Source of the DNA: Alphaproteobacteria bacterium UBA2966
GTDB lineage: Bacteria > Pseudomonadota > Alphaproteobacteria > UBA2966
DNA length: 64,000 bases
NCBI GenBank assembly: GCA_002348365.1
Contig: DEBC01000107.1
Location: 10,506 to 74,505, forward strand
Direction: 5' to 3'
The notes beneath the pieces were generated by a model. It made no database searches and had not been told where the DNA came from. It saw only the letters and a program-made list of their open reading frames with translations. Made by a program: the position numbers and the translations under genes. Numbering within the stretch: the stretch's first letter is position 1; the number at the start of each line of letters is the position of its first letter. Shown here in pieces: positions 10,558 to 20,258 of this stretch.

Positions 10558-10612
10558 CTCCCCCCGGCGGTAGGCGCAGCCTGTTCTAGAATGTGAGACG
10601 GGAGGATAATCG

Positions 10613-11923
10613 ATGGCCCTGCAACCCAACGTCGACCTCGATGCCGCGTTGAAGGAGGCCCGGGACAAGTATGGCGCAGCCAATCCCAATAGCCGCGAAT
10701 ATTACGAATCAGCCCGGAACTCTCTGACAGGCGGATTGGGGCGAAGTTCACTCTACTTCCAACCCTTTCCCCTGGCGTTCTCGCACGGCGAGGGCGCCTA
10801 CATCTGGGACGTGGACGATCACCGGTACGCAGATTTCATGGGTGACTACACGGCCGGCATTTACGGCCACAACCACCCGATCACCCGGCGTGTAATTCTC
10901 GAGACCTTCGACAATGGGATCGCGCTCAACGGTCCGCACAAGCACGAAGCTCCATTCGCTGAAGCACTGTGCAAGAGATTTCCGGCCTTCGAACAGATCC
11001 GCTTCGCCAATTCCGGCACCGAGGCGAATATCTGGGCACTGAGTCTCGCCCGCGCGGTCTCGGGCAAGTCGCACGTCATGGCTTTCGAGGGCTGCTATCA
11101 CGGCGGCGTATTCAACTTCGAGCACGGCCCGGCGCCCGTGAACTATCCCATCCCCTGGGTAATGGCACCGTACAATGACCTGGACGGAACATCTGCACTG
11201 ATAGATGCCCACGAACATGAGCTGGCCGCCGTCATCATCGAGCCCATGGTCGGCGCCCAGGGCTGCATCCCGGCCGAAACAGACTTCCTCAAGGGCCTTC
11301 GCGAGATCACGGAGGAGAAGGGAATCATCCTGATCTTCGACGAAGTAATGACCTCGCGACTGGGACCAAACGGGTATCAGGGCGAGGTCGGCATCACGCC
11401 GGATCTGACCTCGGTAAGCAAATACCTGGGAGGCGGACTCACTTTCGGTGCCTTCGGTGGACGTGCTGACTTGATGACCCGCTACGATCAAACCGGCGAG
11501 GATCCACTACCCCAGGCCGGCACCTTCAACAACAACGTACTCACGATGACGGCGGGGCTTGCGGCGCTGGAGGAGATTTACACCGAAAGCGCGGCGCGGG
11601 ACCTCAATGACCGCGGCGACGATTTTCGACACCGCCTCAACGAACTGGCGAAAACACACGGCGTACCTGTCCAGTTCACTGGATACGGCTCGATGCTGAA
11701 TATCCATTTCACTGCTGATCCAATCCTCTCACCGCAGGATATGCACAAGACCGACCTTCGTAAGCGCGACCTCTTTCACTTCGACATGATGGATCAGGCG
11801 CAGTATCTCGCCCGTTCCGGCATGATCGTGCTGTCTTTGCCGATGACGGACTCCGAGATCGATTCCTTCGTCGCGGCGGTAGATGAATTCTTCGCTAGCC
11901 GGAAATCGCTGTTGGCCGATTAG
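10613..11923 (+). CDS. Class III (GSA-aminomutase-like) PLP aminotransferase
   Basis: FANSGTEAN...FDEVMTSR...SKYLGGGL (PLP lysine context). GGGAGG SD before the ATG. Confidence 0.85.
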   Translation: MALQPNVDLDAALKEARDKYGAANPNSREYYESARNSLTGGLGRSSLYFQPFPLAFSHGEGAYIWDVDDHRYADFMGDYTAGIYGHNHPITRRVILETFDNGIALNGPHKHEAPFAEALCKRFPAFEQIRFANSGTEANIWALSLARAVSGKSHVMAFEGCYHGGVFNFEHGPAPVNYPIPWVMAPYNDLDGTSALIDAHEHELAAVIIEPMVGAQGCIPAETDFLKGLREITEEKGIILIFDEVMTSRLGPNGYQGEVGITPDLTSVSKYLGGGLTFGAFGGRADLMTRYDQTGEDPLPQAGTFNNNVLTMTAGLAALEEIYTESAARDLNDRGDDFRHRLNELAKTHGVPVQFTGYGSMLNIHFTADPILSPQDMHKTDLRKRDLFHFDMMDQAQYLARSGMIVLSLPMTDSEIDSFVAAVDEFFASRKSLLAD

Positions 11924-12100
11924 ACCGTCGGAATTTCAGTTGTAGGCCTGCCTGCCTTTACACCTGATCGAGGTTAAGGCCCTTCCGCCGACAACCTCGA
12001 GACTGGTTCAAGCCGAGTTGCGTTCGGAGACCGGTTGAGGGTAAGGGTCATGCATATTGAGGATGGAACCAGCTGACACAGAACCGCGACTGCTTCGCGG

Positions 12101-12862
12101 ATGCTCTCACTGGTCATGGGAGGCTGGCTCCTGGCATCGGGGAACGCGCTTGCCGTAGACGCAAGCGCAATGGATGGCCACGCTATCATCGATTTGATGA
12201 CGGAGCGTCACGAACAGGCGCATGAGTTCGAAATTCAGAACATGACGTTGATTGATCGGGCCGGGAACAAGGAAGAACGGGAACTTCGTCGCTACGTCCG
12301 AAAAGATGAAGACGGCGAGTTCAAATACCTGGTCGTCTTTCACAGTCCTTCAGGGGTCAAGGGTGTGGCCGTGCTGACCTGGCAGCACAAAGAAAAGGCC
12401 GACGAGCAGTGGCTCTATTTGCTCGCCTACAAAAAGAAGATGAAACGGATCGCCAAGGGCGGCCGAAAAAATTACTTCATGGGCACGGACTATACGTTCG
12501 AGGACCTTGTATCGGAGTCCGCAGATCGATTCGTCTATGAGCGTCAGGCAGACGAAAACATCGATGGGATCGATCATTTCGTCGTCGACATCAAGCCGGT
12601 GGACAAGAAGGTTGCGCGCAGTTCCGCCTATGGATTGCGACGAGTTCGAGTACGACAGGACATCGTTCTCGCGACCATCACGGAGTACTTCGACAAGCGG
12701 GGTAAACTCATAAAACGCCAGATGCTCAGTGATCTGGAAAACGTCTCCGGAGATGTTTGGCGCGCCAACCTCGCAAGAATGGAGAATCTCGCAGAGTCGC
12801 ATCCCTCTATTTGTGGTCGGGCCGATCCAGTTCACGTCGCCAGTTCCGGCCTGTCCTTGTAA
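12101..12862 (+). CDS. Outer-membrane lipoprotein-sorting (LolA-like) protein
   Basis: A signal-like N-terminus (LVMGGWLLASGNALA), then ...YLVVFHSPSGVKGVAVL...WLYLLAYKKKMKRIA...FMGTDYTFEDL, which is typical of the LolA_like family as I remember it. The 3' end overlaps the convergent gene by 31 nt and looks atypical. Confidence 0.6.
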   Translation: MLSLVMGGWLLASGNALAVDASAMDGHAIIDLMTERHEQAHEFEIQNMTLIDRAGNKEERELRRYVRKDEDGEFKYLVVFHSPSGVKGVAVLTWQHKEKADEQWLYLLAYKKKMKRIAKGGRKNYFMGTDYTFEDLVSESADRFVYERQADENIDGIDHFVVDIKPVDKKVARSSAYGLRRVRVRQDIVLATITEYFDKRGKLIKRQMLSDLENVSGDVWRANLARMENLAESHPSICGRADPVHVASSGLSL

Positions 12863-14793
12863 TGCTCCAGCGCCTGCGGATTCGCCATGGCGTCCGTGTT
12901 ACGCACGGGCCGACCATGAATAATCTCACGGACGGCGAGTTCGGTGATCTTGCCGGAAATGGTCCGCGGCAGGTCGGGGACCTGAAGGATTTTCGCGGGC
13001 ACGTGCCGGGGCGAAGCGTTCTGGCGAATCTGAATGCGGATACGATCGACCAATGCGTCGTCGAGTTCCAGGCCCTCGCGCAAACGGACGAACAGGACGA
13101 CCCGCGTATCGCCCTCCCATTCCTGTCCGATCACCAAGCCTTCCTCCACCTCATCGAGTTGCTCTACCTGACGATAGATTTCCGCCGTGCCAATGCGCAC
13201 TCCGCCCGGATTGAGCACGGCGTCGGAGCGGCCGAAGATGATCATGCCGTCGTGGTCGGTGAGCTCACACCAGTCCCCGTGCCGCCAAACGTTGGCGAAT
13301 ACGTCGAAATAGGCGTCGTGGTACTTCGAGCCGTCGGAGTCATTCCAGAACGACACGGGCATCGACGGGAAAGAGGACGTACAGACCAACTCGCCACGTT
13401 CCCCGCGTACGGAGTGCCCGTCGGCGTCGAAAACATCCACCGCCATTCCCAGCGCCCGTGTCTGCAGCTCACCGCGCCAAACGGAGCCCGTCGGGTTTCC
13501 CCCGGCAAAGCAGCCCATGATGTCCGTGCCGCCGGAGATGGAGGAAAGGCAGACATCCGATTTGATGTGCTGGTAGACGAAATCGAATGATTCGGGCACC
13601 AGGACGGACCCCGTCGTGAGGATCGCCTTCACGGTCGACAGATCATGCGTATCCTTGGGTGAAAGCCCCTGGTTCTTGACGGCGTCGATATACTTGGCCG
13701 ACGTCCCGAACACCGTCATACCCGCCGCATCGGCATAGTCGAATATGGTGTTGCCGTCGGGATAGAACGGCGAGCCGTCATAGAGCAGCAAAGTCGCCTC
13801 TGACGCCAACCCAGCCGCCAGCCAATTCCACATCATCCAGCCGCACGTAGTGAAGTAGTAGAGACGGTCGCCCGGCTTGATGTCGGAATGCAGGCGGTGC
13901 TCCTTCAGGTTTTGAAGGAGAGACCCTCCGTGCCCGTGCACGATGCACTTGGGCATGCCGGTGGTGCCCGACGAATAGAGAATGACGAGGGGATCGTTGA
14001 AATCCACTCGTTCAAACGCGATGTCTCCCGGCTGGTACGCCCCGCTGAATTCATCGAAACGAACGGTCAGAGCGAGATCTCCGATCGGCGGATCCTGGCG
14101 CGAATACGGCACCACAACCGTGCATTCGAGACTGTCCAGCTCAGCCTGGACGGCCGCGACCCGCTCCAGGCTGTCAAATGGCTTGCCGTTGTAAAAATAG
14201 CCGTCACCCGCGAACAGAACCTTCGGTGTGATCTGTCCGAAACGATCCAAGAGTCCTTTGACGCCGAAATCCGGTGAGCAGGAAGACCAGATGGCGCCAA
14301 GACTCGTGGTGGCCAGCATGGCGATGATGGTTTCGGGCATATTGGGCATGAAACCCGCCACGCGATCGCCCTTCGCGACGCCCATGGCGGCAAGTGCCTG
14401 GGCCGTGCAGGACACTTGGTCGTAGACTTCATTAAAGGTGAGCTCGCGGCGGACTTGATCTTCGCCCCAGAAAACCATCGCCACAGCGTCATCGCGCCGA
14501 CGCAGCAGGTTCTCCGGGTAACTGAGACGTGCGTCGGGAAACCAGCGCGCGCCGGGCATCCGATGTTTGTGTTCCACGATGCGCTCGCCCCGCTTCTCCG
14601 CGACAACGTCGCAGTAATCCCACAACGAGAGCCAGAACTTTTCATCCTCCTCGACCGTCCAACGCCAGAACGCTGAGAAATCGATAAACGTCTCATCCCA
14701 GCGCTCCTCCATGGCGCGCATGAAGGCGTACAGGGTGGTCTGTTCGACACGATCTTGTGCCGGTTCCCATAGCGGTTGCGCATCACCCTGCAT
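12832..14793 (-). CDS. Acetoacetyl-CoA synthetase (acetoacetate-CoA ligase)
   Basis: 653 aa. The N-terminal PLWEP...L..F...FW.WSV-type region and the YSSGTTGMPKCIVH AMP-binding motif are present. Confidence 0.85.
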   Translation of the reverse strand: MQGDAQPLWEPAQDRVEQTTLYAFMRAMEERWDETFIDFSAFWRWTVEEDEKFWLSLWDYCDVVAEKRGERIVEHKHRMPGARWFPDARLSYPENLLRRRDDAVAMVFWGEDQVRRELTFNEVYDQVSCTAQALAAMGVAKGDRVAGFMPNMPETIIAMLATTSLGAIWSSCSPDFGVKGLLDRFGQITPKVLFAGDGYFYNGKPFDSLERVAAVQAELDSLECTVVVPYSRQDPPIGDLALTVRFDEFSGAYQPGDIAFERVDFNDPLVILYSSGTTGMPKCIVHGHGGSLLQNLKEHRLHSDIKPGDRLYYFTTCGWMMWNWLAAGLASEATLLLYDGSPFYPDGNTIFDYADAAGMTVFGTSAKYIDAVKNQGLSPKDTHDLSTVKAILTTGSVLVPESFDFVYQHIKSDVCLSSISGGTDIMGCFAGGNPTGSVWRGELQTRALGMAVDVFDADGHSVRGERGELVCTSSFPSMPVSFWNDSDGSKYHDAYFDVFANVWRHGDWCELTDHDGMIIFGRSDAVLNPGGVRIGTAEIYRQVEQLDEVEEGLVIGQEWEGDTRVVLFVRLREGLELDDALVDRIRIQIRQNASPRHVPAKILQVPDLPRTISGKITELAVREIIHGRPVRNTDAMANPQALEHYKDRPELAT

Positions 14794-15004
14794 GGAGAAC
14801 TCCTTGGGTCTCGGGTCTGGGCTATTTCGAGTCCGTCACACGTGCGAATAATGCCGAGGACGCGGGCACGTGGGAAGCGCCTGCCGGGCAAATTGATCAT
14901 GTGACCCCAACGAGAATCCGCGCGAGCCCGCTCCATCATGCTGTATGTATGTGAGACAAGAGGGGGGGTATTGATCTCTCCCTCAGTCCGCAGGCCACCA
15001 TCCC

Positions 15005-15949
15005 ATGACCGATCCCAGCAGTGCCGGAGTGCCTTCCAGCCGCGCGGAAGCCGCCGCCTCACAAGGGCGGCTTACGGCAGCTGCAAAGGGCGCCATTCTG
15101 ATGATCGTGGCCTCGCTGTTCTTCTCAACCATGGTCGGTGGCATTCGCGAGGTCTCGTCCTCGATACCCGCCATTGAAACCGTATTCTTCCGCAATTTGT
15201 TCGGGCTCATGGCGCTGTCGCCCCTTTTCTTCCGCCATGGTCTCGGCATCCTTCGCGCAAACCGCTACGGACTGCTCCTCGTTCGCGGCTGCATGGCTTT
15301 GGTGTTCCAAGTCACCTGGTTCTACGCCGTTTCGGTGGTTCCGGTCGCAGACGCAGTGGCACTCAGCTTCACGGCCCCGCTGTTCACGACTGTTCTGGCC
15401 ATCATCGTCCTCAAGGAAGTTGTACGTTTACGACGCTGGACGGCCACCCTGGTCGGTTTCGCGGGCGCTATCCTGATTCTCCGTCCGGGATTTGCCGAAC
15501 TCGATCCGAATCTTCTCATCGTGATTCTATCGGCTGCAGGTATGGCGGCCGCCTTCATCGTCATCAAGATCCTCTCGCGCACCGAGTCATCGACGACGAT
15601 CGTCGCTTACCTCAACCTGTTCATGGTTCCCGCCGCCCTCATTCCCGCGCTGTTCGTCTGGCAGTGGCCGACCGCCGAGGAACTCATGTGGTTGATCATG
15701 GTTGGCGTCTCGGGAACCTGCGCCCACCTGGCCATGACGAAGGCTTTTGCCATTGCCGAGACCACGGTGATCATGCCCTTCGACTTCACGCGCCTGCCGT
15801 TCACGGCTTTGATTGGGTACATCGCCTTTAGCGAAGTGCCCGATATTTGGACCTGGGTCGGTGCAGCCATCATTTTTTCGAGCACATTCTACATTGCCCG
15901 TCGTGAAGCCCAGATCGAGCGCGAGGCACGCGATCGATCGGGAGGCTGA
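15005..15949 (+). CDS. DMT-superfamily (EamA-like) transporter
   Basis: A 10-TM-like hydrophobic profile with duplicated EamA-type halves. Confidence 0.8.
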   Translation: MTDPSSAGVPSSRAEAAASQGRLTAAAKGAILMIVASLFFSTMVGGIREVSSSIPAIETVFFRNLFGLMALSPLFFRHGLGILRANRYGLLLVRGCMALVFQVTWFYAVSVVPVADAVALSFTAPLFTTVLAIIVLKEVVRLRRWTATLVGFAGAILILRPGFAELDPNLLIVILSAAGMAAAFIVIKILSRTESSTTIVAYLNLFMVPAALIPALFVWQWPTAEELMWLIMVGVSGTCAHLAMTKAFAIAETTVIMPFDFTRLPFTALIGYIAFSEVPDIWTWVGAAIIFSSTFYIARREAQIEREARDRSGG

Positions 15950-15978
15950 CCGCAGGATGGCGCCGCCCAAAGCCGCAA

Positions 15979-16389
15979 TTAGGATGGTTCGTCGGGGGTG
16001 TGTAACGTAGTGCCGGTGAGATCGCTGAGAACCGAGGATGCACGTTCCCGGTGATCACTGGTGATATGGCGCCTCACCGTACCGATCACTGCCGCAAGCA
16101 CCGTGGCGTCATCAGTGAAACCCAATCCAGCAATAAAATCCGGAATCATATCGGTGGGCACCACGAAGTAGGCGAGAGCCCCGAGCAACATGACCTGAAC
16201 ATGCCGGGGGGTCCGGGGATCTATGGCGCAGAAATAGGCGGCAATGGCTTCATCGAGGAAGGGTACCCTCCCCAGGGTCCGTCTGACCTTGTTCCAAAAC
16301 CCACTCTGAACGATTTGGGCGTCGTCATCCGACCCCAAATCGTGGCCGCCGCGGTCGTCAGAGTTGGACATGTCATGCATATGGGTCAT
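15979..16389 (-). CDS. DUF1232/YkvA-family membrane protein
   Basis: LLGALAYFVVPTDMIPDFIAGLGFTDDATVL is the characteristic DUF1232 core. Confidence 0.65.
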   Translation of the reverse strand: MTHMHDMSNSDDRGGHDLGSDDDAQIVQSGFWNKVRRTLGRVPFLDEAIAAYFCAIDPRTPRHVQVMLLGALAYFVVPTDMIPDFIAGLGFTDDATVLAAVIGTVRRHITSDHRERASSVLSDLTGTTLHTPDEPS

Positions 16390-16493
16390 CAGGGATCAGC
16401 CCGCAACAGAGTTCTTATCGCGTATCCAGAGCCAATCTGCTAAATCAACGCTTCGGTTTGAGACCGTTGCTTTCACAGATATGGGGACACGCT

Positions 16494-17258
16494 ATGGATC
16501 TCAATGGGACTGCTGCCATTGTCACCGGCGGGGCATCGGGCCTAGGCGCTGCAACAGCCCGTGCGTTGGCTGCGTCCGGAGCCAAGGTCGCGATATTCGA
16601 CATCAACGCGGAAGCCGCGCAAACGATGGCATCCGAGATTGGCGGTGTCGGGATCGAATGCGACGTATCCAGTTCGGACGCCGCCGAGGCCGCCATTGCT
16701 GCTGCACGGGAGGCCCATGGTGTCGCCCGGGTGCTGGTCAATTGCGCGGGAATCGGCCCGCCCGGTCGGGCAGTCAGCCGCCGAGGTCCTCTCCCACTCG
16801 ACGATTTCCGCAAGATCATCGAGATCAATCTGATCGGTACCTTCAACTGCGCACGCTTGGCCGCAGCAGAGATGCTGGAACTCGACCCGGAAAACGACGA
16901 CGGAGAGCGAGGCGTAATCGTCAACACTTCCTCGGTCGCGGCCTATGACGGCCAAATCGGTCAACCGGCCTACTCGGCTTCAAAGGGCGGCATTGCGTCT
17001 CTCACGCTGCCACTGGCCCGAGAATTTGCGTCGAAAGGCGTCCGCGTCATGACCGTTGCTCCAGGCTTGTTCGCGACACCGCTGATGTTTTCGCTGCCCG
17101 AGGAGGCGCAGAAGGCGCTTGGTGAGAGCGTACCCTTCCCGTCGCGGCTTGGGACCGCGGACGAATATGCCTCGATGGTGCTTTATATCTGCGGCAACCG
17201 GATGCTGAACGGAGAAGTCATCCGGCTGGACGGTGCGTTGCGCATGGCGCCGAGATAG
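16494..17258 (+). CDS. SDR oxidoreductase, 3-hydroxyacyl-CoA dehydrogenase type-2-like
   Basis: From the ATG at 16494: AAIVTGGASGLGAATA...NCAGIG...YSASKGGI. Confidence 0.8.
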   Translation: MDLNGTAAIVTGGASGLGAATARALAASGAKVAIFDINAEAAQTMASEIGGVGIECDVSSSDAAEAAIAAAREAHGVARVLVNCAGIGPPGRAVSRRGPLPLDDFRKIIEINLIGTFNCARLAAAEMLELDPENDDGERGVIVNTSSVAAYDGQIGQPAYSASKGGIASLTLPLAREFASKGVRVMTVAPGLFATPLMFSLPEEAQKALGESVPFPSRLGTADEYASMVLYICGNRMLNGEVIRLDGALRMAPR

Positions 17259-17298
17259 GGCAGGGAGACCAAGAGTTGCGGGGAACCCCGCCGTAAAG

Positions 17299-17730
17299 AT
17301 GGTGGAGAACGGTGCGCGCACATCTGACGCGCCACCGAGCGCGTCGGACGTCGAAGCGCTGGCCGCCGAGGTCTATGCCTCGTTGCCCGGTGCGTTCCGC
17401 GCCCGGACGGCGGATGTGGTAATCCAAGTCGCGGAATTCCCCGACGCGGAAACGATGCGTGAACTTCGAGCGGAGAACGAGTTCGAGCTCCTGGGTCTCT
17501 ATCGGGGTGTGAGCCTGGATCAGCGAAGCGTTCTCGATGCCCCATCGGATGTCGAAATCATATTTCTCTACCGGCGCCCGATCCTTGACTTCTGGTGTGA
17601 ATCCGAAGAGTCGCTCGCGGCGATCGTCAGAAATGTGCTGGTCCACGAGATTGGTCATCACTTCGGATTGTCGGATGCGGACATGGAATCGATCGAGTTC
17701 GGGGCGGACACCGAGACCGACACACCTTGA
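17299..17730 (+). CDS. Minimal zincin metallopeptidase family protein (Zincin_1/DUF1025-like)
   Basis: VLVHEIGHHFGLSDADME is an HExxH motif in a ~140-aa protein. Start taken at the ATG at 17299. Confidence 0.7.
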   Translation: MVENGARTSDAPPSASDVEALAAEVYASLPGAFRARTADVVIQVAEFPDAETMRELRAENEFELLGLYRGVSLDQRSVLDAPSDVEIIFLYRRPILDFWCESEESLAAIVRNVLVHEIGHHFGLSDADMESIEFGADTETDTP

Positions 17731-17810
17731 CGTTGCCGAGCCGGAACCCCATGAATCGTCAGTGAAACCGCACCCCGTCACTCTTAACGTGTAACCAACT
17801 GGATTCCGTC

Positions 17811-20258
17811 ATGGCTCCTCGGCCATTGAGCAAGAACGCGCTCTATACACGCTGCCGAACGTCCGAACTCCCGTTCAGGACGACGGCGGACCTGACGCCC
17901 CACGTCGGTGTCCTGGGGCAGGAGAGGGCTGTCGAGGCCTTGCACTTCGGCACTCGAATCAAGCGGGATGGGTACAATTTGTTCGTTCATGGCGCCCAGG
18001 GGACGGGACGCCATACGACGGTGCGGGAATATTTGGAGCGGGCAGCCCAGGACCAGCCCGTACCCAACGACTGGTGCGTACTGAACAATTTCGAGGATGC
18101 TCAAAAGCCCCTGGCCGTCGAACTCCCACCTGGCCGCGGCTCTGAACTTCGAGAGGACATGACAAACCTCATCGAAGAATTGAAGACCGCGATCCCGGCT
18201 GCATTCGACAGTGAAGACTACCGCGCCCGCCGCCAAGCCATTGACCAGGAATTCAAGGAGAAGCAGGAACACGCCTTCGAGGAGCTTGCCGAAAAAGCCA
18301 AGAAAAAGAGCGTGGCTCTCGTGCGCACCCCCGTCGGACTGGCGCTCGCTCCCATGAAAGACGGCGAGGTCATCTCACCGGAGGTTTTCCAGCGCCTGAA
18401 GGTAGAAGAACGGCAACAGTTCGAATCGGAGATCGAATCGCTGCAGCAGGAACTGCAGGCGACCGTGCGTCAAATTCCTGAGTGGGACAAGGACCGGCGC
18501 AACCAGATTCGAGACCTCAATCGGGATGTGTCTGCCTTCGCAGTGGGGCACATGATCGAGGCTCTCAAGGAACGCTATGGAGAGTTTTCGCGGATCGTCT
18601 CCTACCTCGAGGCCGTGTCATCAGACATTACCGACAACGTGGACGTGTTCCTGGCCGATCATCAGGCGCAAATGCAGGCGCAGATGCAGGCGCAAACGGG
18701 TCAACCGGGCATGCCCGGAAATCCACTGCCGCAGCTGCAGGCGTCGATGGCCTTACGCCGTTACGAAATAAACCTGCTGGTGGATAATTCCTCGAACGGC
18801 GGCGCCCCCGTGATATACGAGGACAATCCGACGTTCGCCAACCTCATCGGACGAGTCGAACACATCGCTGAGATGGGCGCTCTGGTGACCGATTTCGGCC
18901 TGATCCGTTCGGGTGCGCTCCACCGCGCCAATGGTGGTTATCTCATTGTCGATGCCGTCAAGTTGCTGATACAGCCATATGCATACGAAGGACTCAAGCG
19001 GGCATTGGATTCACGCATGGTGCGCATCGAATCGCTGGGCCAGGCACTAAGTCTCGTGAGCACAGTCTCACTTGAACCCGAGCCTATCCCGCTGGACGTT
19101 AAAGTGATTCTGACCGGCGAACCCAGAATCTATTACCTGCTGTCCAACCTCGATCCGGAGTTCAATGACTTGTTCAAGGTGTCGGTGGACTACGGCGGGG
19201 ACATGGACCGGTCCGAGACCGGCATACTCGCGTACGCCCGACTCATCGCAGCCTTGGCGAGTAAGGAAGAACTTCGAGCCTTCGATCGACGGGCCGTCGC
19301 CCGCTTGATCGAACACAGTGCCCGAATTTCGGACGACTCGGAGAAGTTGAGCCTGCGTATGGGCCGCGTGACGGACGTCATGCGGGAAGCCGATTTCTGG
19401 GCCGCGGAAAACCAGCGGAATGTGGTGTCGCCGGCCGACGTACAGCAGGCCATCGACACCCGTGTCCGACGTGCCGACAGGTTGCGAGAACGCTCACAGG
19501 AGCAGATCACGCGGGGAACCGTGCTGATCGACACCGAGGGTGCGCAAGTTGGCCAGATCAACGGACTCGCCGTTATTTCGCTGGGCGAATTTTCCTTCGG
19601 GCGTCCTGGCCGAATCACTGCCCGCGTCCGGATGGGACGAGGGCAGGTGCTGGACATCGAACGCGAGGTCGAACTGGGTGGCCCGTTGCACTCGAAGGGC
19701 GTACTAATTCTGTCGGGTTTCCTCAGTGCACGGTACGCCCTAGACCGACCGTTGTCGCTGTCGGCCAGCCTCGTATTCGAACAGTCCTACGGGGGTATCG
19801 ACGGCGACTCCGCGTCGTCCGCTGAACTCTATGCCTTGCTGTCAGCTTTGTCGGGACTGCCCTTGGAGCAGTCGCTCGCCGTCACCGGTTCTGTCAATCA
19901 AAAGGGAGAAGTGCAGGCTATCGGCGGCGTCAACGAGAAGATCGAAGGCTTCTTTGATATTTGTCAGGAACGGGGACTCACCGGCAATCAAGGTGTCCTG
20001 ATACCGGCGTCCAATACCAAGCATCTGATGCTGCGGCACGATGTCGTCGATGCCTGTGCTTCGGGAAAGTTTCGCGTTTTCCCCGTAAGCACCATCGACG
20101 AAGGAATGGAAATTCTGACGGGTCGGCGCGCCGGGACCCGCGGCAAGAATGGTCGCTTCGGCGCAAATACGATCAATCGGCTGGTGGAAGACCGTCTTCG
20201 CGCCCTGGCCGACGACCTGCGCGAGTTCAGCCGCGGCGTAAGGGAGAACAACCAGTGA
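17811..20258 (+). CDS. Lon-like (LonC/AAA_32-type) protease
   Basis: The N-terminal AAA-like region has GAQGTGRHT, followed by a long helical insertion. The C-terminal Lon protease domain carries DGDSASSAE (Ser) and GGVNEKIEGFF (Lys). Confidence 0.8.
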   Translation: MAPRPLSKNALYTRCRTSELPFRTTADLTPHVGVLGQERAVEALHFGTRIKRDGYNLFVHGAQGTGRHTTVREYLERAAQDQPVPNDWCVLNNFEDAQKPLAVELPPGRGSELREDMTNLIEELKTAIPAAFDSEDYRARRQAIDQEFKEKQEHAFEELAEKAKKKSVALVRTPVGLALAPMKDGEVISPEVFQRLKVEERQQFESEIESLQQELQATVRQIPEWDKDRRNQIRDLNRDVSAFAVGHMIEALKERYGEFSRIVSYLEAVSSDITDNVDVFLADHQAQMQAQMQAQTGQPGMPGNPLPQLQASMALRRYEINLLVDNSSNGGAPVIYEDNPTFANLIGRVEHIAEMGALVTDFGLIRSGALHRANGGYLIVDAVKLLIQPYAYEGLKRALDSRMVRIESLGQALSLVSTVSLEPEPIPLDVKVILTGEPRIYYLLSNLDPEFNDLFKVSVDYGGDMDRSETGILAYARLIAALASKEELRAFDRRAVARLIEHSARISDDSEKLSLRMGRVTDVMREADFWAAENQRNVVSPADVQQAIDTRVRRADRLRERSQEQITRGTVLIDTEGAQVGQINGLAVISLGEFSFGRPGRITARVRMGRGQVLDIEREVELGGPLHSKGVLILSGFLSARYALDRPLSLSASLVFEQSYGGIDGDSASSAELYALLSALSGLPLEQSLAVTGSVNQKGEVQAIGGVNEKIEGFFDICQERGLTGNQGVLIPASNTKHLMLRHDVVDACASGKFRVFPVSTIDEGMEILTGRRAGTRGKNGRFGANTINRLVEDRLRALADDLREFSRGVRENNQ
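18663..18698 (+). repeat. 3 x 12-nt in-frame tandem repeat (CAGGCGCARAYG) encoding QAQMQAQMQAQT
   Basis: Direct reading gives caggcgcaaatg caggcgcagatg caggcgcaaacg, located inside the Lon-like gene. Confidence 0.9.

Noticed and set aside
14067-15062. 331-aa minus-strand ORF overlapping the 5' half of the acetoacetyl-CoA synthetase gene out of frame
   Set aside because: Its composition is Arg/Ser/Trp-rich, and the synthetase frame carries the conserved AMP-binding motifs.
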